Positions 24,884 to 35,119 of a DNA stretch of 64,000 nucleotides are shown here, one piece after another. Source of the DNA: Takakia lepidozioides (Eukaryota > Plantae > Bryophyta); contig CM060733.1 of NCBI GenBank assembly GCA_030704615.1, forward strand, positions 64,108,001-64,172,000, in the 5' to 3' direction. How positions within the stretch are numbered: the stretch's first letter is position 1; every line of letters begins with the position of its first letter. The position numbers and the translations under genes are program-made. A model generated the notes under the pieces. That model saw only the letters and a list, made by a program, of their open reading frames with translations, was not told the DNA's origin and did not search any database.

Positions 24884-24916
24884 CATTTGTATCTAGGTAT
24901 GAACCACATACCCACA

Positions 24917-25361
24917 AAGATCTCGAACCCCAAAAACATTCATGTGGATAGGGAACGAGTGAACGATTATATGAACGTTGGCCCATTGAATGAATTTCGT
25001 TCTCCTATTAGTCTGGGACCTGTGTGACGGTATACTGAATATATGCCAAAGTTTCAAAGCATACAAAAATCATATGGATGGGCAAACATCCGTTGGCCCA
25101 TTGAACGAATTTTGTTTGATCTCATATTACTCTGGGATCCATTACATGGTCAACTGAACATACTCACAAAGTTTCAAAGCAAAAAAAAATCATGTGGATT
25201 GGCAACCATCCGTTGGCCCATTGAACGAATTTCGTTGAATCTCATATTACTTTGGGACCTTTGAAACGGTATACTGAACATACTGGCAAAGTTTCAAAGC
25301 AAACAAAAATCATTTGGATGGCCAACCATCCGTTGGCGCATCGAAGGAATTTCATTTAATA
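24917..25361. repeat. ~120-bp tandem repeat (3.5 units) containing GGATG-n6-CATCC hairpins
   Basis: AAAGTTTCAAAGC..CCGTTGGCCCATTGAACGAATT recurs at ~25048, 25168 and 25288. The array is cut by an LTR at 25362. Confidence 0.88.
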
Positions 25362-27680
25362 TGTCGTGCACCTAAGCATCGTGCCCAAACATACATCGCT
25401 GTCCACCACACAATCTACACACACCATCCTAGAAAGCTATGCCACAATGGATAAGAGAGAGAAAAGAGAGAAGTGGAAGACAATAAAAGCTCTCAAAGCA
25501 TGAAGCAATCACACTAAGAACAAGCCCTAGTCCTTCCAAGTGAAATCCACTCTATCACATAAACTAAGTCAAGCCAAGGGCACCTTTGCTAAAGGAATCC
25601 ACCCTACAAAGCCCTCAACACACTCCCGCTCAATACCTAGAGCTATGGAGGTGGGAGAGGCTCATGGAGGCTCGATTACAATAAGATGAGCCCTCCTCAA
25701 CACTCACAAGGGGAAAGCCTATCCCCATGTCCCAAGTGAGGCTTGACACCTCACTTGGAATATGAGACCAAATGAAGTCCCAACACACAAAATATAAATA
25801 TAAATATCCTAAATATCCTAATTAACTAGAAATAGGTAATTCTAGTTAACCATGACTAAAACCATGACAGTTGTCGTGCACCTAAGCATCGTGCCACAAC
25901 ATACTCGTTGTCCGTGCCACAAAATCTACACACACCATCCTAGAAAGCTATGCCACAATCGCCCCCCTAGCTGGTGATTAGGTCCCTCTAACACCGGATA
26001 GCTGACAAGTATCCATCCAAATAAGATCATCGCTTGGTCGTGAATCGCCCAAGTCCCAATATCTGAAGTCGATAGATTAAGAGGCCGGGTGCAAAAGTAG
26101 TCCCATCGTCAGTCGCCTTCCTATAATCCATGGCTGTCACTGGGGTATCCATGGCATTGAACTCCCACTGCGCTAGACCTTGGGTCCTTGTCAACTTCAC
26201 CATTGTCATGCCCACTACCTCTATCCAAGGCATCATGGACACAATCATTCTCCGCTATGAACCTCCTCAAGTGGCGGTGTCAAGCATCCCATGTGTCACC
26301 CCCTTGAGCATTTGTCACACACCAACATGGTTGCGGCACCACTAGCATGTCCACATAGCATGCAACGCAACCTTGCAGGTACCACTGCAAGGTTGGGATC
26401 TATCCTCCCATCTACATGTGGAAGGTGATATGGCGCACAATTGCGCACATGGTCCTTCCATACCATGCCATCTCGACCCTCCAGAATCAACACTCCTGAA
26501 GGCAACACCTCTCGTACCCGTAGAATCACACGTCATGTTGTAACATCCAAGGTCGTTGGTGCTATCTGCTGCAGATACACATAGTCCCCAAGGTTGAATC
26601 TCTGAACACCCGGTCGATATCAACCTCCACGTATGGTGGCATACCTCATTGTGTCTCGGTGTTGGGCAATAGCAAGGTTCTCAAAAGCCATAGGCATGAT
26701 TCTCTTGAACAACTCTACCCGCTGGTCACACGCTTGTGTCCACACATCCGGATCGTCAAGGTTGAGGACTACTGCAACCTCCCTATGAATAGATGCAAGC
26801 AAATCTGGCTCTCGGCCGAAGAAAAGAAAGTAAGGTGAGAAGGAGGCAAACTTGACGCTTGTTTGCTGAACCTATCGCTCATAGCCAACCAAGGCAGCTG
26901 AAAGTCCCAATCTCCCAGGTGTCCCTTCTGCAAACCAAACTTGCGCAAGCCCCTCTTGACTGTCTGAACAACTCTCTCCGCCAAGCCATCAGCCTCGGGA
27001 TGGTCCCGAGAAGTAGTGCGGTGATCTATCAAGGCTTGCTCGTGCATAAAGCCTGAAATTCCCCCAAGAACTCTCTCCCCCGGTCCGTGAGTACCTCGGT
27101 TGGAGCACCAAATCGGCTAAGAACTCGATCTAAGAATGCATATGCACCCCCCTATGGCGAATCGTTAGTGGCAATGGGCCTACGAAGTCAAGACTCCAAC
27201 GATAGCCCAAACCCATAATGGGTAAAGGGTACAACTATGGGGTAGGTGCATTGAATGAAGCACGCGCCCTATCACACACCATGCACCTAGCCACTAACTG
27301 TTGCACATCCGTGTGCATGCCCAGCCACCAATACTGCCCTTGCAGCAAACTGTGAGGGCGCCTCACCCCAAAGTGCCCCAACTCCTCATGGGCATGGCGC
27401 ACCAATTGCGCTCGTTGCATTGGATGAGGCACTATCCTCACTCGTCCATCCTCTCACACTCGGAGTAGGTGAGTCCCCTCCCACTTGAACCTCTTGGCTC
27501 ATTGTAGAATCCGATTTCTCTCCTTAGCAGTCACACTAGTTGTTGTCTCTCCGGCACGAAGATAGGCCAACACTGCTGCATCTTCATGCACATCCTTAGC
27601 ACCACCAGGATCGTCATGCACACTGTCAGTATGTGCTGGTGATGGTGGAATACTTCTCCAAGTGGATGCTACGGCAAACA
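25362..27680 (-). mobile_element. Ty3/gypsy remnant: integrase with C-terminal PHD finger, PPT, truncated LTR (25872-25957) plus full LTR (25362-25869)
   Basis: HEELGHFG..CMVC zinc-binding motif, HRTTSRDHPEADGLAER core, C4HC3 motif at ~26230-26365, PPT AGGGGGGCG, and LTR TGTCATGG..GCACGACA. Confidence 0.87.
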
Positions 27681-28962
27681 ACGTCTTATGAGTATAATCT
27701 TAGCACTAGTGAAAACTCATGTTTCAGACTGGTGGCATTGCCTGACAAGACCCCCCGGGTTGCATGCTAGGGTCGTAGTTTTTTCAAACTCAACCCCTCG
27801 CTTCTTGGTTCTCCTTCGCTTGTTCAGAATATTGTTGTTGCTTGGAAAGAAGCGGGAGCTGCCTACAGCTCCCCCACTCTCAAATTTTTGGTCAAGCTTT
27901 CTGCAGCCGGGAAGGTTGCTCAATCTTTGTCTAGATCCCCTGCGAATGAGAGGGCTAGGAAAGAGAAAGCTCTTATCAAAAGTATCAACTCCCACTGTCA
28001 GTGGTTGATTGAACTAGGTGCCATCGGGCCTTAGACCTTTTCACACGATGTTCCGAGGGAAGGCGAAGGCAGCTAACTACTCCTTGATTTTGACAACACC
28101 TGGGAAAAAGGGGGATGCCTTTGCTCCAGAGCTTCGGATTCAAAGGTTCTCTAGAACGACGGCTTCCCGACATGTTGGGAGCTCGGCTAGTGCTCAACAC
28201 TCTCCCCTGGAGGGGCAAGAGTCTGATGTCAACTGGAGACACAAGCGTAGCCTTAGGAAAGGAAGATCTAAAGCTCAGTTGTCCTTTGACTCCTCTAAGC
28301 GTAAAAGGGGTAGTGCGTAGAGTTCTTCATTCAGCTCTGCAGCTCCTTTAGTTTTTGCTCCTCCGTTCTCTTCTGATTCCCCGTCTTGTTTCAACTTCAG
28401 TTGTATCCTTAGCTCAGATGACTCTTCTGTTTAAGCTTAATTGACATTGTGTTAGTTCAAGCTTGTTGCTAAGGGATTCCACTCTCTTCGCGGCCCCTTT
28501 TTCAGTTCTTCTTTACGGGGCGGTGCCCCCTTTCTCATCCTTCATGGTTGTACTTGATGTTATTTTTCCTCATCCTTTCTTAATACAATTCTGGCCCTTC
28601 CATCGGCCTTCATCTATAAAATATAAAAAATGAAAATGAAAATGACATCATGATGTATGGCACCCAACCATCACTAACACATACGTTGAACAATTCAAAA
28701 AAAAAAGAAAAAAAAAAGCACTTACATGCCGAACTCCTAGTGTCGAGGCCAAGCGACTGTCCCTTGCACCCCTCAGCTTGCCAAGCCGATCTGCAGCATA
28801 CCATCAAGCCTTCCACCCGTTCATCGCAAAGAGAAGGCAGGGCCCCCTTGCGCGCTCAGTCATGCCTGTGAGACGACGAAGAATAAACAACACAATGCAA
28901 GCGGTTGCAGTACCTGTTCGATCTATGTTCTGCTTTTTCTACTCACAATGCGAATGGCGAGT

Positions 28963-29631
28963 TGTACAAAAACGAGAGATCTACATTTCTACAGTCAATA
29001 GAAGACATATAGAGTATAATAAGAGAGATTGTATTATTACATTTTGTGTGTCTTTTTATACATGCTAGAAAGTTGTGTCTCTTGACACCACAACCGATTC
29101 TATTTTAGTGGTCACACCTATTCCCTATAGTTGTGACCTTTCACTCCCTATAGTTGTGACTCTTGAAATGTCCTTTCATATATTAGATGAATGTACACTG
29201 GATGAATGTTGAGGTTGACTACTCAACACCCTCCCTCAAACCGAAACTCATTTTTTCCTTGAACTTTGTCATTCGATCTAAGTTGATGCTCAGAAATTTA
29301 AGGCACTAATTTATCCAGATTAGTCCTTACTTCTAGTCACATAGTAGAGTTGAGAAACTCCTACTATTCTTTAGAATAACGTTTCTTTAAAACAATTGAA
29401 TGTATGGTGTAGTAGTGACACAATTAGCAGCTTGATTCCTTTCATCCCCCAATCTCTTCCGACACTCTCGAGCCCAATGACCTGGTTTCGTACAGTAATT
29501 ACAAACCCCAAATCTTTTAGAATTTCTTGAGTTTGTAAAGAAAGCCATTTTATGATTATTATCAGAGCTAGATGTATCTTCATCAGTGTTTTTCCTCATT
29601 AGCACTTCTTGTAATAGATGTGTAATTAATA
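28963..29631 (-). mobile_element. Gag-only Copia-type element, 3' half (gag C-terminus with CNYCTKPGHWAREC, PPT TGAGGGAGGG, 3' LTR 28963-29228), now inverted
   Basis: The LTR is the reverse complement of 20043-20293. The gag frame continues from 20974 (..NITLQI|LITHLLQEV..). Outer flanks are GCTCG and ACTCG. Confidence 0.88.
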
Positions 29632-30746
29632 TGTTGGTTTCTAAATGAACAGTACATTCATCCAAAAAAAAATTGTGACTAGTCTGTACTACTATGAGTA
29701 CTATTGGAGTACGCTTCTCTTGTTGTTGGCGTGGTTAGCTGCCTCTGATAATACAGAAAGTACACTATGAGCTACAGCGTGTTTCTTCTTGATTCTAATG
29801 TCTTTGCCTAAGATCCAACATGTTATGGGCCCACATGGCAAGGTCTAGAACCAAGAAACAACTATCGTTGTAGAGATGGATAGCAAGGAGGTAGCGCATG
29901 TTAGGAAATTTGATGGAAAGAATCTTTCCTTATGGCGATACCAAATGGAGATGATTTTTCACGCCAAGAGGCTGATGAAAATAGTGAACGGCATTGAGTC
30001 GTTGGAAGATGCAGAAGATGAAGACGAATGGAACAACAGAAGCAATCAGGCTAAAGTTATGATAGCATCAGCCATTGATGAGAGTATTTTGGAGATGTTG
30101 ATACAATGTGAGATTGCTCCAGAGATGTGGAATAGGCTCAAGGCCATCCACGAGCAGAGGTCTAGAGAAAATATTCATATTCTTCAGAGCAGTTTCTTTG
30201 AGTACAAACTACAAAAGGGCGATAGCATGGCTAAGCATATCTCTAAGGTAGAGAATATGGCGAAAGAGAGCACTAATCTAGGAGTAATCATCCCAGAGGA
30301 ACTTGTCATTACTAAGATCATGTGTAGTCTTCCACCAAGTTACAGACATGTCATGTCTGCTTGGGATTGCTTGCCTGAGGATTCCCAGACGATACTAAAT
30401 CTTACCATCCGTCTACTCAAGGAGGAGAGCCTTAATAAGCTGCAAGGCACAGATGAGATTGAGAGTGATAAAGCTTTTGGGTCAAAGACAGATAGTACAC
30501 ACTATCGACAGAAGAACAAGTATAGACCAGATAGTGAGAAAATCAAAGCGTTAAAGAAGGTGACTCCCTGCCACAATTGTGGAGAGGTAGGACACTGGCA
30601 CAGAGAGTGTCAGAACAAGGGAAGGAAGGCCAAATGGAAGCAAGATATGAAGAGTGAGGCAATTTTTTCTGGTACCAGTGAGGAGAATGAAATGAGTGTA
30701 GCACTCATGGCAACAGAACATGAGGAACACCATCAAAATGGTTTGT
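29632..30746 (+). mobile_element. Nested Ty1/copia, 5' part (5' LTR 29632-29820, PBS TGTTATGGGCCCA, gag 29876 onward), now inverted
   Basis: The 189-bp LTR is the reverse complement of 20975-21163, with TSD TAATA on the element strand. Gag motifs KFDGKNLSLWR, LPPSYRHV and CHNCGEVGHWHREC are present. Confidence 0.92.
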
Positions 30747-31990
30747 CCAACTTTCCATCCATTCGTCCACAACTGCCTTGATGCTAGGCTTGAAAGTTTC
30801 CAACCCCCTCTTGAAGGCCTGATCTCTCACCATTGTGTCATCGCGATGGAGAACATCCTCGTACGCTGCATTCATTCGGCGATGACATGATATAGCATCT
30901 TCCAATTCCAACAACAACAAATGTCTCCCAATTGGTTGTCGGTCATATAATTCGTTCTGATCTAGCACCCATAGAACCTCTGGGAGCCGAAAAAACCTCC
31001 CCTTTGTCTGACTCCAATGCCCTCCCAAATTACGGCAAAACTGCTCTCTCTCCCACCAATTGGTTATGCCTCTTGCACGTACCATTATCTCCCAGTCAGA
31101 TGTGACCCATAAATATTGGGGTGATCTAACGTATTGCGGGTTTGCGGCATGTAGGTTTGCGACTCAACTGGGAAATGCGGTGCCGCATTACGGCTCGCAC
31201 GTGTGAGATTTTTGAGGGGTTCGGTGTTGGCGACGGTCGGCTCCCTGAAGACTCGGTGCGACTATCTTACTATGACAAAGGCCGCAACTACCAGTACCTA
31301 CGACGTTACTTGGAAATGCGGCGCCGCATTTCCTTGCCGGGGGTCCAATGAGGAAAGAAAAGTTTGGGAGAGTAGAAAAACAGGAACCCCCCCAAAAAAT
31401 GGGAGATTATGCCAATTATAGTCATAACCTATCGGCATAAGGTCCTCCAAACCCACGAGCTCATAGAAACGGCGATGGATTGGTGCACGACATTCTGGGC
31501 AAGCGCTTCCGCGTAAGGATGCCTGGATAAGACACGTGGGATGGAACATATGTCCATATGATCCAAGCACATGACCACCCTCTGGGCCGTAAAGATTCAT
31601 GCACATCGAACAATGTAAGCCATCTGATATGCGTAACGACACAATGTCTCGTGGTATCTCCCCCTTCCGAGCCGCATCAATGTGGCTGCTCATGCTTGTT
31701 ATGGTGTCCCACTACCTCCTTTATCTCCAATTCCCAGTTTATGCTTCTGTTCGAATTCGAAATTGTGTGCTCACATCGATCAAACATAGATTCCACATCA
31801 CCCCAGTTGGCAAAAAAACCCTATGCCTCAGCCTCGGGGCTTTCAAAATTGGTAACCAAAGGCGGAGCATCCCTATGGTGCTAGAGCCCAAGACAATAAA
31901 TCCTTCCTCTCGTTCTATCTTCAGGATGCTCACACTATGGAAAAATTTGTTGAGACCCAGCGCTTTGCGATTATCAGATTGAACCACATT
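30744..31990 (-). pseudogene. Decayed RING-H2 (E3 ligase-like) gene with 22-bp palindromes in its putative intron
   Basis: CSMC..GS(Y)GHMFHPTC..CPEC motif (third ligand C>Y) at ~31490-31612, a downstream Trp-rich exon (WWEREQFCRNLGGHW), and palindromes at 31171 and 31312. Confidence 0.75.
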
Positions 31991-32159
31991 TTGGGTATGT
32001 GAATCCTAATTACACCGTTTATCCTTTTAACCCCAAGACCCACAACCAAAACCGCCAATCCAAAACCCAGCACCATAAAGAGAAGCAAACACCCTAACCC
32101 AGTACCATATGAAAAAATAAATAAATAACTAAGAAACCCAAAAGGCCCTAAACCCTAAA

Positions 32160-32418
32160 TCCAGAAAGGCCGGCTGTCGCCTCCTGCGACACCCTGGCGT
32201 CGCATTGGACGACGAGTTTTTTTTTACTTGGGGGTCGCACCCCGCGACGGACAGCCGTCGCTGGGGGCGACGTGTTTTTTATTTACGGGGCCGGGGGTCG
32301 CAAGAAACGACGGCCAGCCATCGCAATCTTCATTTTTACATTTCAAAAAAGGGCGGGCGCAAGCGTGCGACGGCCGGGCGTCGCACGTGGGCGCCGCGCC
32401 CTTTTTTTTCCCTAAGTG
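32160..32418 (-). mobile_element. Possible CACTA(EnSpm)-like terminus: CACTTAGGGAAAAAAAA with GCGACG/CGTCGC subterminal repeats
   Basis: The plus strand ends ..TTTTTTTTCCCTAAGTG at 32418, and many direct and inverted GCGAC/GTCGC motifs lie within 250 bp. The partner end was not found. Confidence 0.45.
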
Positions 32419-32794
32419 CTTCAAGCATCTCTTTCCCCTCCCGTTTTCGTTTGCTCTTTGGAAGAGAGGTAGTTCAGAGAGTGGGGTTTAGGGTGGAGGA
32501 GAAACGCACTTGCTGCTGAGCCCGAGGTGGTCGCAAGGCCCCAAGGAGTTTGCCCCAACGCCCAGGTAAGCACCGCCTCCTCCCTCACTTTCTGTCTTTC
32601 TTTCTTGCCCTATGCACGGGCTGATGTCTCTCTCCCCTGTGTGGTAGGAACGTTGCGCAGAGGCGCGACCTAACGAGCTGAAGAGAGAGAGAGCCGTGGT
32701 GAGCGGGGGAGAGACGCCCTGCGGCGCGCGACAGCACCGCAGCAGCTCGCCGCGCCAGCTCGCTTCAAGCACTAGCAGCAGCAGAGGTACGTCA

Positions 32795-33497
32795 GGGAAA
32801 TTGCACTCTCCATTTCCTCTCTGCTTCTGTTTACTGTTCAAAGGTAGTCTTCCTGCCCTGACTTTAAATTTAGGTCTGGTGCCAAGAGTGGGATAGACCC
32901 TTGGGCGCATCCATGATGTCCTCCCCCATGTCACAGACTGGAAACAGGTTCAGGGAAGTTTTCTTCCTAACTTCATTTTCATTGGACAATTTTCTGGTAA
33001 CAGACATGGCTTTGGACACTACACTCTCTAAGTCAGGTTTATCTAGCAAGGTCAAGACTTGCGGGTCCAGATTCGAATCTCTTTTACTCTCTTCTCCCAG
33101 GGCTCACCCTGTTTGACAGGGCAAAGGGGCTGGGCTTTTGGCTCAACCTCGACTTTTTCAAAGTTAGTAAACAGAGGTACATGCACAATTCCCTTGATAG
33201 ATTTGAAGAGAGCGTCTCTTTGGTGAGAGAACCCCGGACAGTGTATCAGAAAATGAATAATGTCTTCAGGTTGCCCACAGACATGGTTGGACACTACAGC
33301 CTCTAAGTCAGATTTATCCAGCAGGGTGAAGACTTGCGGTTCTAGGTCCAGGTCCTTGAGAATCTCTTCTACTGTCTTCTACCAGGACTTAGCCTGTTTG
33401 ACAGGTCGGTGGGCGGTCCTGTTTCCAAGATATAGAGTCGATTAACTTAAGATATCTGATGTTGGACATATGTTGCAGCTAAACCCACCATCTGACC
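32795..33497 (-). mobile_element. Scrambled LINE 3'-end fragments
   Basis: Rearranged copies of 33790-34150 and 50385-50615 (LKFKLRAG, CGQPEDIIHFLIHC). Confidence 0.75.
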
Positions 33498-33584
33498 TTG
33501 AATTTATCTCGTCGGGAGCTTAAAAGAGAGCAGCACATAAGAGAGGGAGAGAGAGGGAGAGGGAGACATCAGGGGGCTGCTCAG

Positions 33585-34152
33585 TCACTCCCCCCCACAT
33601 TCTCTGTTTTTCTTTGTTGCCCCCTCTCTTGGGGAAACAAAAGGGACATAACCTACTTCTGTCAGGGGCTGACGTTGGTAGTAAGACTTACCTTCACATA
33701 TAGAATTAATCCGAGTTTTCCAGATATCCTCTACAAATCCCTTCACACAAGCATCAATCGGTTGTGTGTGAGATGCCCAAAAACTAGGCCTCAGAAGGGG
33801 CTGGGCTTTTGGCTCAGCCTCGACTTTTTCAAAGTTACTAAACAGAGGTACATGCACAATTCCCTTGATAGATTTGAAGAGAGCGTCTCTTTGGTGAGAG
33901 AACCCCGGACAGTGTATCAGAAAATGAGTATTGTCTTCAGATTGCCCACACAACGGGCAATTGCACTCTCCCTTTCCTCTCTGCTTCTGTTTGCTGTTCA
34001 AAAGTAGGCTTCCTGCCCTGAGTTTAAATTTCAGTCTAGTACCAAGAGTGGGTAGACCCTTGAGGTCATCCAAGATGTCCTCCCCCATGTCACTGACTGG
34101 AAACAAGTTCAGGGAAGTTTTTTTGCCTAACTTCATTTTCATCAGACAATCT
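33585..34152 (-). mobile_element. 5'-truncated non-LTR retrotransposon (LINE) 3' end with C-terminal CCHC finger; continues at 50377-50615
   Basis: LKFKLRAGSLLLN..CPLCGQSEDNTHFLIHC. The sequence resumes after the AATCT TSD and matches the empty-site-like copy at ~32985. Confidence 0.78.
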
Positions 34153-35080
34153 TGTCGCGCGGCTTTTACTCACCCATCCCTTCGCTATTCGAGGCGGAAA
34201 CTCCAAGATTGAAGAGTTGGAAATCTCTAAGTACTCAGCCCGCGCAGAACAATCAGTCATGACCTACAGCTAGTGTATCATGGGGGTGTTTCCTATTTGT
34301 TTCCCTTTTGGTATTCATGTTAACTATCTTACCATTGATAATTAAGTATCAGTTTGCTTTATCAATCTATTGGATTCCATCAACTCATCCATTCATTCCA
34401 CAGCTTCACTCAGATCTCTCTACACAGTGTGTTTGTATCGTAAAAGTATCCGATTATGATTTATCAGGTATCAGGCCGAAGCCATTATGTCTCTAATCTC
34501 CTCTACAATATCATTACAGCCTTGCATATCTCAAGCATCTATTCATCATCTCTCTATCTTCACTTCCGTTCTTCATCTCTGCCCGATCCCCTCTCCTCTA
34601 TCACCAAGAAGTCCTCCTCCGAATGATATCCCTCAATTCCCCGTTTCTCCCTTTATCTTCCTCTCCGCGGTTCTAACCGTTTCCCTCACTAACCGTGTCT
34701 GTGAACTAACATGTTCCCTTCGCAGGTGTTGTTCCCCACAGTCGTTCCCTGTCCTACTCTTCGTTCCCTATGATCGTGACAGCTGTGTCAAGCTGTGACT
34801 GGCTGTGTGAAACTGTGACGGGCTGTGACTGGCTGTGCGACTGTGTTTGGCTGTGTCGGGCTATGACTGGCTGTGTGGCTGTGTCGGCTGTGTCTGCTGT
34901 GACGACTGTGACGGGCTGTGTTGGCTGTGTTGGCTGTGACGACTGTGACGGGCTGTGTAACCCCCTTCTACAGTGCGCTGCTGTCACCCCTAAGGCTCCT
35001 GTTGGTCTCAGTCTGTGCAAAAATTTAGGGTACCCTACAGATCTCGTATAAGTGTCTAAGTCCCCGACAGTCCTCTAACA
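34153..35080 (-). repeat. 3' LTR (contains CTGTG/CACAG-rich minisatellite)
   Basis: Matches 49479-50376. Confidence 0.93.
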
Positions 35081-35119
35081 TTTACCCCTTCCCCCCTCAA
35101 AAAGCCGTGTCCTCACGGT

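Noticed and set aside
27690-28600. Short ORFs of unknown nature
   Set aside because: No recognisable motif, repeat structure or consistent frame; left unannotated.
32090-32160. Telomeric array (CCCTAAA)
   Set aside because: Only two or three scattered units; more like promoter telo-box or low-complexity sequence.
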